Source: an uncultured bacterium (lineage in GTDB: Bacteria > Krumholzibacteriota > Krumholzibacteriia > Krumholzibacteriales > Krumholzibacteriaceae). From it: a DNA stretch of 64,000 bases. Below, one piece after another: positions 49,658 to 60,017 of this stretch. Position numbers and translations under genes: made by a program. The stretch is taken from contig CAWFAD010000011.1 of the NCBI GenBank assembly GCA_963813815.1, positions 32,001 to 96,000 on the forward strand, given 5' to 3'. Positions within the stretch are counted from its first letter, which is position 1, and each line of letters starts with the position of its first letter. Under the pieces are notes generated by a model. The model worked only from the letters and a program-made list of their open reading frames with translations, was not told the origin of the DNA and did no database searches.

Positions 49658-51898
49658 GTGCAGGAACGAACCGTACATCCGCTGCATCTCGCCGCTCTCG
49701 GAAGCACCGCCATCATCTCGCAATCGATCTTCGTCCGCGAGCTGCTCGCCCTCTTCACTGGCACGGAGCTCGCCGTGGGCGGGCTGCTGGCGAGCTGGCT
49801 CTTCTGGACCGGCGCGGGCGCGATCGCGGGGGGGCGGGCGGCGGGGGGCGTGGCCGCGAGGCGCGACTTTTTCCGCCTCGCCGTTCTCGTCGCTGCGCTC
49901 GCGCCGGTGTCCGTTGTCGGCATCAGGATCGTCCGCTCCGCCATCGTCGTGCCGCCGGGGGCGCTCGCGCCCCTCGGTCCCGCGCTCATAGCGTCGTTTC
50001 TCGTCGTCGCCCCGTTCGCGTTCTCGTACGGATCGATCTACAACATGGCGTGCCTCCTGTGGCGGGAGCGGGGGGGGGACATGCGGGAGGGGGTCGCCCG
50101 GGTCTACCTCTGGGAGGCGGCGGGGTCGGTGTTCGGCGCCGCTCTCTTTTCGTTCTTGCTCGTGACGTACTTCTCGCAGCTCGAGGCGGCCCTCTTCTCC
50201 GGGCTTCTTCTTCTCTTCGCCGTGGCGATGATCCCGCCCCGCCCGCGCCGGCGGGCCGCGCGAACCGCGATCCTCTTCGCCGTCGTCTTCTGCTCGGGGG
50301 CGATCGCTCCGAGCGTGGACCGCTGGAGCATCGGACGCGTGTTCCCCGGCTACCGGATCGAAAGGTTTTACTCGTCGAGATTCGGCGAGATCGTCGTGGC
50401 CGACAGAGGCGAGGTGCGCTCGATTTTCTCCGGCGGCGCGCGCCTCTACTCGTACCCGGAGCCCGAGCGCGCGCAGGAAGCGGTGCACGTGCCGCTCCTC
50501 ATGCACCCGGCGCCGAGGAAGGTGCTCCTCATCGGAGGCTCCCTCGGGGGCGGTTGGCAGGAGGCGGTGAAGCACCCGACGGTCGAAGCCGTGGATTGCG
50601 TGGAGCTCGACGGGAGCCTCTTCGCTCTCGAGGGCGGGACGGGGTCGCCGCGCGACACGACGGTCGAGCGCGCCGGGGGGGGAGAAGGCGGAGCCTCTCT
50701 CGCGCGGCCGGCGCGGGTCCGTTTCATCGCGGGGGACGGGAGGTTTCATCTCGTCTCGCGAAGGGCGCGATACGACGCGATCATCGTATCCGCCCCCGCT
50801 CCGGTGAACCTGCAGTGGAACCGTTTTTTCACGCGCGAGTTCTTTGGGGTCGCGCGACGCTCGCTCGAACCGGGCGGCATACTCTCCGTCTCCCATCCGT
50901 CATCCGAGAACTTCCTCGGCCTCGAGGCGGCTCGCGCGCTGCGGTGCGTGGAGCTCACTCTGCGGGAGATCATGCCGGCCGTTTCGGCGCTTCCCGGGGG
51001 CACGGCGTATTTCGTCGCCGGCGAGGCGCCGTTCGATCCGGCGGTCATTCCGGTTCGCTTCGAGGAACGGGGCATTGATGCCGCATTCGTGAGCGCGGAT
51101 TACCTGCCGTACCGTTTCTCGCAGGAGCGACTCGAAGAGTTCCGGCGGGACCTCGATGGGGCCGGAGAGACGAGATTGAACAGCGACGGGAGACCGGCGC
51201 TTCCTCTCTACGAGCTCGCCGTCGAAGGAAGCAGAATGCGCTCGGGTCTCGCGCGGGGCGTCGGCCTCCTATCGACCGTTCCGGGCACGCTCCCGGCGAT
51301 CGTTCTCGGGGGCGTGCTGCTCGTCGTTTTCGCATGTGCGCGCGGGACGCTTCGTCCGAGGCTCGGGATCTGGTCGGTGGGTTTCGGAAGCTTCCTGCTC
51401 CAGCTCCTCGTGCTGCTCATGTTCCAGTCGCTCTCGGGACTTCTCTACCATGCGATCGTTCTCCTGACCGCTCTCTTCATGGCGGGGGCGGCGGTTGGGG
51501 CGTGGGGTTCCATCCGGAGGAAGGGATGGGGAACGGGAACGCTGCGCGTCGTTCATGCCGCCTTTGCGGCGCTCGCGGCGGCGCTCGCCGGTTGCGCCGC
51601 GCTGCTCGGAAACCCCGCGGCGTCGTATGGAATAGGATTCGTCGCGCTTCCGTGCCTCGCTCTCGGGGGAGGTGCGCTGACCGGGGCCTACTACCCGATC
51701 GTCGTGCGGACGGCGCTTCCGGATGACGGCGGCGCTCCGCCGGCGGTCTTCTACGGCTGGGATCTTTTCGGGGCGTGCGCGGCGGGGGCGGTGGGCGGAC
51801 TCTTTCTCTTTCCCCTGCTCGGCCTTCCGGGAACGGCGCTCTTCGTCGCGTGCGTGCACGCGCTCGCCGGGTTGCTGCTCGCGGGCCGCCGGTGGTAG
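49658..51898 (+). CDS. membrane-fused spermidine-synthase-like protein
   Basis: N- and C-terminal multi-TM blocks flanking a SAM-fold domain (VLLIGG, VELD, GDGR, FFTREFF, LEPGG). Confidence 0.8.
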   Translation: MQERTVHPLHLAALGSTAIISQSIFVRELLALFTGTELAVGGLLASWLFWTGAGAIAGGRAAGGVAARRDFFRLAVLVAALAPVSVVGIRIVRSAIVVPPGALAPLGPALIASFLVVAPFAFSYGSIYNMACLLWRERGGDMREGVARVYLWEAAGSVFGAALFSFLLVTYFSQLEAALFSGLLLLFAVAMIPPRPRRRAARTAILFAVVFCSGAIAPSVDRWSIGRVFPGYRIERFYSSRFGEIVVADRGEVRSIFSGGARLYSYPEPERAQEAVHVPLLMHPAPRKVLLIGGSLGGGWQEAVKHPTVEAVDCVELDGSLFALEGGTGSPRDTTVERAGGGEGGASLARPARVRFIAGDGRFHLVSRRARYDAIIVSAPAPVNLQWNRFFTREFFGVARRSLEPGGILSVSHPSSENFLGLEAARALRCVELTLREIMPAVSALPGGTAYFVAGEAPFDPAVIPVRFEERGIDAAFVSADYLPYRFSQERLEEFRRDLDGAGETRLNSDGRPALPLYELAVEGSRMRSGLARGVGLLSTVPGTLPAIVLGGVLLVVFACARGTLRPRLGIWSVGFGSFLLQLLVLLMFQSLSGLLYHAIVLLTALFMAGAAVGAWGSIRRKGWGTGTLRVVHAAFAALAAALAGCAALLGNPAASYGIGFVALPCLALGGGALTGAYYPIVVRTALPDDGGAPPAVFYGWDLFGACAAGAVGGLFLFPLLGLPGTALFVACVHALAGLLLAGRRW

Positions 51899-51900
51899 CG

Positions 51901-53400
51901 TCAGCGCAGCCCAAGCTCCTTTTCGGAGAACACCTCGGCGGAGAAGCACTCGATCTTCGTGCCTTTCTCCTTCCATGCGCTCTCGGGGAGGCCCGCCTTG
52001 ACGCACGTCTGCGCGAGAAAGGTCTCTCGATCCCAGCCCCATTCGACGGCGACCTGCGGCAGGAGCAGCCCGCGTTTCGATCCTCGGGACACGATGAGTC
52101 CATGCACGCCGACCACGATCGAGGCCGGATCGGCGACCGCCGTGATGGGGCTCAGAACCGATATCTCGATCTCGAGCCGGGGCAGCTCGGGGGCCGTGAC
52201 CGGATTGAACCGCCAGTCGCTGAACGCGGCCGCCCTGGCCATCTCCTCGATCGTGTCGAGAAGAGGCTTTACCGCCTCGATATACCCGATGCAGCCGCGG
52301 AGCTGCCCGTCCTTGTGGAGCGTCACGAAAGCGCCGCGCTTTTCCCGCAGAACGGGGGAGGGTGGAGGGGAGGGCATCGCCGGCGCCGTCGTGAGCTCGG
52401 CGACGATGACGGAGCGGGCGAGCCGCAGGAGATACGCCTTGACCTCGCGCGAGAGATCGGCGGCGGCCGATTGGCGGATCATGGCCGCCGACGCGTAGCC
52501 GACCACGCTCCCGCGATCCCCCGTCACGTCTCCGGAGTTGCCGTAGCGGAGGACCTCGCATCTCGTCGCGCCGAGCGCCTTGGCCGCCATCATCGCGGCG
52601 GCGGCGGGACCGCCGCCGCACGCCTCGCTTTTTCCGCCCTCGAGATCGGCGAGGAGGGCCTTTGGATCGAAGGCGGCGAGATCCCGCTGAAAGGTCTTGT
52701 CGAGGCCCCGCGCCTCGCCCTCGTCGTGAAAGTGCGAGAGGTCGGTGCTCGCGACGACGAGCGCCGAGCGGCCGGCGAGCGCTTCACCGAGGGCCTTGCC
52801 GAGCGCCTCCACGACGCGGGGCGACTGATCGCCCATCACGATCGGAACGAGCGTGAAATCTCCGAGCGCGACCTGGAGGAAGGGAATCTGCACCTCGAGG
52901 GAGTGCTCGGCGCGTTGCATCGGGCGTACGTCGTGCCCCTTCGAGTCGAGCCTCACGAGGTCGGACTTCGAGGCGACGAGCGCGGCGATGCTTCGATCGA
53001 CGGGCACGTCGCCGAGGGGAGTGCGGTACGCGGCTCCGGGAAACACGGAGGCGTACGGGAAATACTCCACGTGACTCGGCGAGATAACGACGACGACGTC
53101 GTAGTGTTTGCCCCGCACGAGGCGATAGGCATGCGCCGCGATCGATCCGGAGTAGACGTAGCCGGCGTGAGGCGATAGGAGGGCGACGACGTCGCCGTCG
53201 AGGGGTATCGCCGCCGCGGTGTCGAGGTACTTCGTTATCTCCGCGCGAAGCGCCGCGGCGTCGTCCGTGTAGAACTGGCCGGCGACGGCCGGCCTGCGGA
53301 TCGTGGTGTCCATGGCGGTTCCGTCCTTTGGGGCGCCGGCCGCGCCCGCGAGGAGCGCGGCGAGGAGAAAAGCGGCGCCGGCTTTCGGTCGAATTCGCAT
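51901..53400 (-). CDS. amrB: AmmeMemoRadiSam protein B (MEMO1) - protein A (AMMECR1) fusion with signal peptide
   Basis: PAVAGQFY, PHAGYVYSG, EHSLEVQIPF, STDLSH, VVGY; then GAFVTL...LRGCIG, GLLLPQV. Confidence 0.92.
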   Translation of the reverse strand: MRIRPKAGAAFLLAALLAGAAGAPKDGTAMDTTIRRPAVAGQFYTDDAAALRAEITKYLDTAAAIPLDGDVVALLSPHAGYVYSGSIAAHAYRLVRGKHYDVVVVISPSHVEYFPYASVFPGAAYRTPLGDVPVDRSIAALVASKSDLVRLDSKGHDVRPMQRAEHSLEVQIPFLQVALGDFTLVPIVMGDQSPRVVEALGKALGEALAGRSALVVASTDLSHFHDEGEARGLDKTFQRDLAAFDPKALLADLEGGKSEACGGGPAAAAMMAAKALGATRCEVLRYGNSGDVTGDRGSVVGYASAAMIRQSAAADLSREVKAYLLRLARSVIVAELTTAPAMPSPPPSPVLREKRGAFVTLHKDGQLRGCIGYIEAVKPLLDTIEEMARAAAFSDWRFNPVTAPELPRLEIEISVLSPITAVADPASIVVGVHGLIVSRGSKRGLLLPQVAVEWGWDRETFLAQTCVKAGLPESAWKEKGTKIECFSAEVFSEKELGLR

Positions 53401-53402
53401 CG

Positions 53403-54575
53403 TCAGCTCTCCACCCAGATACCCGGTATCTTTTCGCCGCAGAAACGGCATGCGCCCCCCCGCATCTCGATCGCGGCGAGCCGGTATCCGCTCCGCTCGA
53501 TGATCCGATTTCCGCACCCGGGGCACAGCGTGTGCTCGGCGGCGTGGCCGGGGACGTTGCCGACATAGACGAATTTGAGCCCGGCCTCGCGGGAGATTTC
53601 GTAGGCGCGATCGAGGGCGGACACCGGCGTCGGAGGAAGATTCGCGAGCCGGTACTGCGGATAGAATCGCGAGAAGTGAAGCGGCACGTCGGCCCCGACG
53701 CTCGATACGAGCCGGCGGGCCATCTCGCGGATCCGCGACGGTTCGTCGTTCAGCGTCGGCACGACGAGATAGACGAGCTCGAGCCACGTTCCGGCGGCAT
53801 GGATCGTCTCGATCGTTTCGAGCACCGGCGCGAGCGTCCCTCCGCACACCTCCCGGTAGTACGAGTCGTCGAACGCCTTGAGATCGATCTTGATCGCGTC
53901 GACGAGGCCGCAGAGATCGAGGAGCGGCCGCTTCCGGATATAGCCGTTCGAGACGACGACGCTGCGGATCCCCTTCGCCCGGGCGATCCGCGCGATGTCC
54001 TGCACGTATTCGATGAAAACGATGGGCTCGCCGTACGTATAGGCGATCGACGGCGCGGACGCGGCGGTGGCCCGGACGACCATGGCGTTCGGAGAAACGC
54101 GGTCAGCGTCGATCTCCTCGGGGCTCGACTGCGAGATCTGCCAGTTCTGGCAAAACTTGCAGTCGAGGTTGCATCCCGCCGTCGCGATCGAGAGGGCCTG
54201 CGTTCCGGGAAGCACGTGGAAGAACGGTTTCTTCTCTATCGGGTCGAGGTGAACGGCGCACGGGCGGCCGTGAACGAGCGTGCGGAAAACGCCGCCGCGG
54301 TTTTCCCGTACGCCGCAGTGGCCTCGACGGCCGTCGGATACGACGCATTCGCGCGGGCAGAGGAGACAGCGCACGCGGCCCCCGGGAATGGATTCGTAGT
54401 AGCGGGCCTCGACGGGGAGATCGGCGGCGAGGGTCGAAGGCGCGATGAGACGCCCGGCCGCGGCGGATGCGAGAAGCGCCGCGGACCCGCCGATAAACGC
54501 CCTGCGGGTGAGGGCCGGCCCGAAAGGCCGCGGGGGGGAGGCGTGTTCGACCGGCTGTGTGTCAGGCTGGGGCAT
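53403..54575 (-). CDS. amrS: AmmeMemoRadiSam radical SAM enzyme with twin-arginine leader
   Basis: TRRAFIG leader, CLLCPREC, DPIEKKP, GCNLDCKFCQNW, HFSRFYP, YVGNV. Confidence 0.92.
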   Translation of the reverse strand: MPQPDTQPVEHASPPRPFGPALTRRAFIGGSAALLASAAAGRLIAPSTLAADLPVEARYYESIPGGRVRCLLCPRECVVSDGRRGHCGVRENRGGVFRTLVHGRPCAVHLDPIEKKPFFHVLPGTQALSIATAGCNLDCKFCQNWQISQSSPEEIDADRVSPNAMVVRATAASAPSIAYTYGEPIVFIEYVQDIARIARAKGIRSVVVSNGYIRKRPLLDLCGLVDAIKIDLKAFDDSYYREVCGGTLAPVLETIETIHAAGTWLELVYLVVPTLNDEPSRIREMARRLVSSVGADVPLHFSRFYPQYRLANLPPTPVSALDRAYEISREAGLKFVYVGNVPGHAAEHTLCPGCGNRIIERSGYRLAAIEMRGGACRFCGEKIPGIWVES

Positions 54576-54694
54576 GACGGCGCTCCGTCGGCGAGATGCC
54601 TGTGAATTGCTCGGCGATTCGCTGCCGGAAGGATAGCAGAGCCCGCGTTCCATTGCAAGATTGCGCGGCGCGGGAGAGCGGTGGGGACGCCTCG

Positions 54695-56029
54695 CTAGGA
54701 GCGTCCCCCGATCCGCATGAAGGACGCCCGTATCGCCTCGGCGGTTCCGGCGGGGAGGGATCCGACGCAGTCCGCCGTCGCCGAGGCGCCGCGCTCCTTC
54801 GCGCCGGAGGCGGCTATCACGATGCGGTCGACCGCGGCCCCCGAGGAGCCCTCGAGCGTGATCGTGACGAGCGGCTCCGCGACGCGCGGATCGCCCGGAT
54901 CGAGCGGCTCGGCGAGGATGCGTTCGAACGTGGTGGATGCGAGCTGGCGCAGCAGCGCGTTGACCTCCCACGAGCGAATCCCGGTCGAATCGGCTTCCGC
55001 GGTGATCCATTTCGTGCCGGCCCGGCGGAAAACGACGCTCGTATCCGGCGTTTCGTAGCGCAGGACGCGCACCGAATCCTCGGCGAAGAAGGCGAGGTTC
55101 AGGGCGCGGAGATTTTCCGGGGTCCAGTCGAAGGCTTCGAGAAAGCGCTCCTCGAGGAGAACGACCCTGTCGAGACCCTCGCGAACGGTGTGCACCTTGT
55201 CGCCGCTCTTCGAGCCGAAGGAGATGCGCGTGGTGGTTTCGCCCCGGCGGCCGAGCGCGAGGCTCCCGTAGGGGGAGGCGAGGCCGTAGGGAGCGAGCGT
55301 GTCGACGTCCTCGCGGACGAACCCGTAGATGATCGCGTCGGCGAGCGCGTCGACGTACGGTTCGATTCTCAGCCGGTCGGCGCGGGTCCTGTGGCCGGCG
55401 AACCACCAGTATCCGCCGTCCTTCAGGAGACGCAGGGTGCGCGATCCTCTCGCGATCGCGAGCGAGTCGATCCCTTCGAGGCCTCCCGGGAGGAAGTTCT
55501 TGTCCCGGAGGTGGAAGAGATTCTTGTTCATCACGTTGTGCGTGATCTCGCTCGAGATGAGCACGGGGCCGGAGGCGCCGATACGAACGTAGCTGTTGGA
55601 GCTCGTCGGCGTCTTGTCTCCGACGAAGAGCGTCTCGGGGGGCGCCGCCCCCGCCCGTCTGATGATGAGCGTGGCGAAAGGATCGACGAGTCCGTAATCG
55701 GCGAGATTACCGGGTTCGTCGATCTTCGCGCCCCGGCGCCCCGGCACGACCTGTCCGATGAAGGCGGTGATCGTGGGGACGTCTCCGGGGGAGGCGACGG
55801 GATCGACGATCCGCCAGTCGTCCCCGTCGTGTTCCACCTCGATCCGCTCCCTCTGGGGATTGATGAGCGTGAAGCCCGCGAGATCCTTCATTTCATAGAG
55901 AAAGAGCTTCGTGCTCTCGAGGCGCGCGCGTTCCTTGGCGGCGCGGGAGCGCTCCTCGACGAAAAAGTAATACGCCGCGACGGCCGCGAGCGTCGCGACG
56001 AGGATCCAGGTCGTGGGCTTGAAACGCAT
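54695..56029 (-). CDS. DUF4340 domain protein
   Basis: N-terminal TM, repeated W-x-I...YGL..P motifs; last gene of a GldA/F/G-like operon. Confidence 0.75.
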   Translation of the reverse strand: MRFKPTTWILVATLAAVAAYYFFVEERSRAAKERARLESTKLFLYEMKDLAGFTLINPQRERIEVEHDGDDWRIVDPVASPGDVPTITAFIGQVVPGRRGAKIDEPGNLADYGLVDPFATLIIRRAGAAPPETLFVGDKTPTSSNSYVRIGASGPVLISSEITHNVMNKNLFHLRDKNFLPGGLEGIDSLAIARGSRTLRLLKDGGYWWFAGHRTRADRLRIEPYVDALADAIIYGFVREDVDTLAPYGLASPYGSLALGRRGETTTRISFGSKSGDKVHTVREGLDRVVLLEERFLEAFDWTPENLRALNLAFFAEDSVRVLRYETPDTSVVFRRAGTKWITAEADSTGIRSWEVNALLRQLASTTFERILAEPLDPGDPRVAEPLVTITLEGSSGAAVDRIVIAASGAKERGASATADCVGSLPAGTAEAIRASFMRIGGRS

Positions 56030-56041
56030 CGCGGCCCTCCT

Positions 56042-57592
56042 CTAGGCGCTCCGGCGCCGGTGGTAGATGACGAGGGCGCCGGCGAGGAGCACCGCCGCCG
56101 GCAGCCCGACGACGGGGAGCCAGAATACGACCTTCCCCTGATTGGCCGAGATGACGACCGGTTGGCTCACCGGACTGCGTGGGCGCACGGCGATGAGATC
56201 ATCCTCCTCGGCGAGCCACCCGATCGTGTTGAGAATGAGATCCTTGTTTCCCGAGAGCGTGAAGGAGGCGTTGGCCGCGAAATCGCTGTCGCCGAACGCG
56301 GCGATCTTGCCCCGCCGCGGTTTGGTCTCGATGACCGGAGCGGCGGGAGCAATCTCCCGCGTGGCGACGAGGGCCACGTCCACCGGCCCCGCGGCGTCGC
56401 TCTCGGGATCGAACTGGGTCTTTCCCGCGAGCACGTCGCTGAGGTTCGTTTCTCCGTAGGCCGAGGCGCCCGTCGATGCGAGCACCGTGACCGAGAGCGA
56501 CGGATCGTCCCCGGCGGAGGCGCGCAGAGCGCGCGCCTGCGGGAAGAACGAGGCGAAGCGGAAGTCGCGCGCGATCGGGTGGTCCCCGTAGCTGTTCACG
56601 ACGGGGGTCAGATAGTTGCCCGCGACGAGCTTGCCGAAGCGGTCGACGACGACGGTGTTCGTCGCCTCGATGCCGTAGGCGGCCAGCAGTCCGGCGAGGT
56701 TCGGAACGTCGGTCATCGGATCGACGAGAACGAGCGCCGCGCCGCCGCGCGCGAGATACCTTTCGATTAGCCGAACTTCCTCGGGAAAGAGATCCTTCTC
56801 GGGCCCCGCGACGATGAGCACGGCGCAATCGGCCGGCATCGAATCGCGGAGCGCGAGATACGGCCGGATCCCGTAGCCCTCCGCCTCGACGGCGGCCTTG
56901 AGCTGGCCGAGCCCCGCCGGCTCGAGATCGTCGATCGATTTTTCCCCGTGCCCCGTAAGGGCGTAGACGACCTTTTTCTCCAGTCTCGTGACCTTGAGGA
57001 TCGCGTTCGTGACGGCGTCCTCGCTCACGGCGAAGAGCCTCTCCTCGCTGCCGCCGCTTTCGACGACGATTGTGTTGTACTGAGTGATCTTGAAGCGCCG
57101 CGCCGCGACGGGATCCGTGTCGGGATCGACGAAGGAGTACCGGACGCGCGGGCTCTCGGCGGCGTAGGATTTGAGGAGATCGTCGAGCTCGGCGCGCCCC
57201 GGAGAAACGTCCTTGAAGAAGCAGGTGAAGGAGACGTTCCGCTCGAGGCCGTTGAGGATCTTCAGCGTCTGCTGGGAAAGGGAAAATCTCCGGTTGCGCG
57301 TCGTGTCCAGATATCCGCTGTGCCGCGTGGCGATGGTCTGCAGAAAGACGAGTATCGCGGCGAACGCGAGGATCGATACGGCGGCGTTGATCCCGAGACG
57401 GGCGCTGCGCCGCGAGCCCTCGGTGCGCTCGCCGCGGAGGCTCATCGCGACGGACGCCGCGACGAGGGCGAGCCCGGCCGCGAGCGGCAGCGCGGCCGCC
57501 CAGCCGCTCGACGAGAGGATGCCGTAGGTGACGGCCCCGATGAGCGTGAGCACGAGGCCGGCCGGACCGATGAGCTTCTTGATCCGTTGCAT
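56042..57592 (-). CDS. GldG-like ABC transporter auxiliary component
   Basis: DTTRNRRFSLS.QT, FVDPD, YALTGHGE, LIVAGP, GDSDF, N.DL.LN...WL. Confidence 0.85.
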   Translation of the reverse strand: MQRIKKLIGPAGLVLTLIGAVTYGILSSSGWAAALPLAAGLALVAASVAMSLRGERTEGSRRSARLGINAAVSILAFAAILVFLQTIATRHSGYLDTTRNRRFSLSQQTLKILNGLERNVSFTCFFKDVSPGRAELDDLLKSYAAESPRVRYSFVDPDTDPVAARRFKITQYNTIVVESGGSEERLFAVSEDAVTNAILKVTRLEKKVVYALTGHGEKSIDDLEPAGLGQLKAAVEAEGYGIRPYLALRDSMPADCAVLIVAGPEKDLFPEEVRLIERYLARGGAALVLVDPMTDVPNLAGLLAAYGIEATNTVVVDRFGKLVAGNYLTPVVNSYGDHPIARDFRFASFFPQARALRASAGDDPSLSVTVLASTGASAYGETNLSDVLAGKTQFDPESDAAGPVDVALVATREIAPAAPVIETKPRRGKIAAFGDSDFAANASFTLSGNKDLILNTIGWLAEEDDLIAVRPRSPVSQPVVISANQGKVVFWLPVVGLPAAVLLAGALVIYHRRRSA

Positions 57593-57594
57593 CG

Positions 57595-58365
57595 TCAGCT
57601 CCTCCAGTGTGTCGAGTCGAGGGACCGCATCGTCAAAAAGAGGAAGAAGGCCGTGAGAAAGATATAGTACGTGACGTCCTCGAGGGCGACGAGCCCCTTC
57701 GCGAACGAGTTGTAATGCTCGAGCAGGGAGAACTGCGAAATGACCTTCGAGAAGGTCTGCCCGACGAAGGGCGCCGCCCAGCCGATGATGAGGAAGAAGA
57801 GCGAGAGCCCGAAGGTCGCCGCGCCGGCGACGATCTGGCTGGAGGTCAGGGAAGAGAAGAAGATCCCCATCGCAATGAAGGTGCAGCCCATGAGGAAGAG
57901 ACCGACGTAGCCCGTGACGATCGGGCCGGGCTCGGGGTCGGAGTAGACGGCGAGCAGCACGGGATAGACGAAGGTTCCCGCGAGCATGACCGCGAAAACC
58001 GTGAGAGCGGCGAGATACTTGCCGGCGACCGCCGCGAAATCGCTCACGGGATAGGTGAGGAGCAGCTCGAAGGTTCCCTGCCGCTTCTCCTCGGCGAGAA
58101 GCCTCATCGTGAGGAGCGGAAGCGAGAACAGCAGCACGATGCTCATGTTTCCCATGAGCGGCCGCATGACCCCGTCGATGAGGTTGAGCTGGCCCGCGAG
58201 GTTCGGTTGCTGCGCCGCCTGAAAGGACAGGTAGTTGTAGTAGCGGAAGAAGTTGTAAAAGAAGTACCCCGAGAGCGCGAGAAAGAGCCCGATCATGACG
58301 TACGCCGTCACCGACTGGAAATAGTACTGCATTTCCTTGCGGTATATCGCCGCGACCGATCGCAT
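57595..58365 (-). CDS. GldF-like ABC-2 permease
   Basis: KEMQYYF.S..AY, PLLTMRL.AEE...GT.ELLLT.P, GK.LA. Confidence 0.88.
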   Translation of the reverse strand: MRSVAAIYRKEMQYYFQSVTAYVMIGLFLALSGYFFYNFFRYYNYLSFQAAQQPNLAGQLNLIDGVMRPLMGNMSIVLLFSLPLLTMRLLAEEKRQGTFELLLTYPVSDFAAVAGKYLAALTVFAVMLAGTFVYPVLLAVYSDPEPGPIVTGYVGLFLMGCTFIAMGIFFSSLTSSQIVAGAATFGLSLFFLIIGWAAPFVGQTFSKVISQFSLLEHYNSFAKGLVALEDVTYYIFLTAFFLFLTMRSLDSTHWRS

Positions 58366-59310
58366 TCAGCCCACCTCCTCCGTCACGAGCTGCAGGAAGA
58401 TATCCTCGAGCGAGAGCTCCTCGCCGTGGATCTCGAGGAGCGGCACGCCGCCGCCGACGAGGACGCGCACGATCTCCTCGCGCGAGTCGCGATCGCTCGC
58501 GCATTCGATCTCGATGGAGCGGACGCCGCCGGCGGGCGGGGCTTCTTTCACGGACAGCACGCCGTTGATTCCCCCGACGAGCGCCGCCGCATGGTTGGAG
58601 GGGGCGGCGTCGCGCACCTTGAGCTTCAGCCGGGACGATTTCGCGAGGCGCGCGCGCAGGTTGTCCGGCGTATCGACGGCGACGAGCTCCCCCCGATTGA
58701 TGATGATCACCCGGCTGCAGACCTGGCTTACCTCGGGGAGAATATGGCTCGATAGGATGACCGTTTTCTCTCCGCCGAGGCCGCGGATGAGCTGGCGGAT
58801 CTCGATAATCTGCTTGGGATCGAGGCCGAGAGTGGGCTCGTCGAGTATGAGGAGCTCCGGATCGTTGAGCGTCGCCTGCGCGATGCCGACGCGCTGCTGG
58901 TATCCCTTCGAGAGCTTCGAGATCGTTCGGCGCGGCACCCCGTCGAGGCCGCACCGCTCGATCGCGCGATCGACCTCGGCGCGGCGGGAGGGGACGGGCA
59001 CGCCCTTCATATCGGCGACGAACTCGAGGTAGCCGCGGACCGACATGTCTCCGTAGAGCGGATTGCGCTCGGGGAGATACCCGATGCGGCGGCGGACCTC
59101 CATGGAATCCTCGATGATGTCGTGCCCGAACACCTTCGCGGTCCCCGCCGTCGGAGGCAGGTAGCAGGTGAGCATTTTCATCGTCGTCGTTTTTCCGGCG
59201 CCGTTCGGTCCGAGGAAGCCGAGGACCTCCCCTTTGCCGACCCGGAAATTGAGGTTCTTCACGCCGACGTTCGTCCCGTAGTACTTGGTCAGCCGGTCAA
59301 CCTGAATCAT
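58366..59310 (-). CDS. GldA-like ABC transporter ATPase
   Basis: GPNGAGKTT, LSKGYQQRVGIA, LDEPT.GLDP.Q, SSHILPEV. Confidence 0.9.
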   Translation of the reverse strand: MIQVDRLTKYYGTNVGVKNLNFRVGKGEVLGFLGPNGAGKTTTMKMLTCYLPPTAGTAKVFGHDIIEDSMEVRRRIGYLPERNPLYGDMSVRGYLEFVADMKGVPVPSRRAEVDRAIERCGLDGVPRRTISKLSKGYQQRVGIAQATLNDPELLILDEPTLGLDPKQIIEIRQLIRGLGGEKTVILSSHILPEVSQVCSRVIIINRGELVAVDTPDNLRARLAKSSRLKLKVRDAAPSNHAAALVGGINGVLSVKEAPPAGGVRSIEIECASDRDSREEIVRVLVGGGVPLLEIHGEELSLEDIFLQLVTEEVG

Positions 59311-59528
59311 CCGTTTCTCCTCCCGGACGCCTCGTCCCGGACGAGGGAAGCTGGCGAATTCCCGTTCGGTATGAGAGTGATTAACATATACAGGAAACGT
59401 CTCCCTGTCAAATCTCCGCTCCGCCCGTCCGCCCACGGCCGAGCGGTCCGATTTTTGTGCAACTCGCCCCGCCGGATGGCGTAGAATGGATACTCGGTCG
59501 TTCCTGATTCGAAACGGAGAGGAGCAGC

Positions 59529-60005
59529 ATGAAACGATTTACGGCGGCGATGCTCGTCGCGGCGGCGCTCACCGGCGCGGCCGCGGAGGCCCATGCAGGC
59601 GAAAATCTCTGGCATTCGGTGTTTCTTCCCGGCTGGGGGCAATCGCGGGCCGGGCATTACGGCCGCGCCGCGCTTTTCGCCGGGGGAGAGGTGCTGTCGC
59701 TCCTGGCGCTCGCCATCGGGGACGTGCAGTACGATCGAGCGGTCGAGCAGTACGACCGGGCGAAGGCGGCATACCTCGCGAGCGACTACATCGGCGACGC
59801 GATCGATGAGTATGACCTCATGCTCGAGAAATGGGACGATGCGGAGAGCCTGCAACGGTACCGGCAGATAGCGCTCGGCGCCGCGATCGGCGTCTGGGTC
59901 GTCAACGTCGTCGATATCGCGCTCTTCGACGAGAGGCGGGAGCCGCCGCTCGCGCTGGCGCCTCGCGGGGATGGATTCACGGTCACAGCGTCGCTCTCAT
60001 TCTGA
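59529..60005 (+). CDS. hypothetical exported/membrane protein
   Basis: GGAGGAG RBS, signal peptide, S.FLPGWGQ motif, C-terminal beta strand ending in F. Confidence 0.7.
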   Translation: MKRFTAAMLVAAALTGAAAEAHAGENLWHSVFLPGWGQSRAGHYGRAALFAGGEVLSLLALAIGDVQYDRAVEQYDRAKAAYLASDYIGDAIDEYDLMLEKWDDAESLQRYRQIALGAAIGVWVVNVVDIALFDERREPPLALAPRGDGFTVTASLSF

Positions 60006-60017
60006 AAAGGGGAAGCC

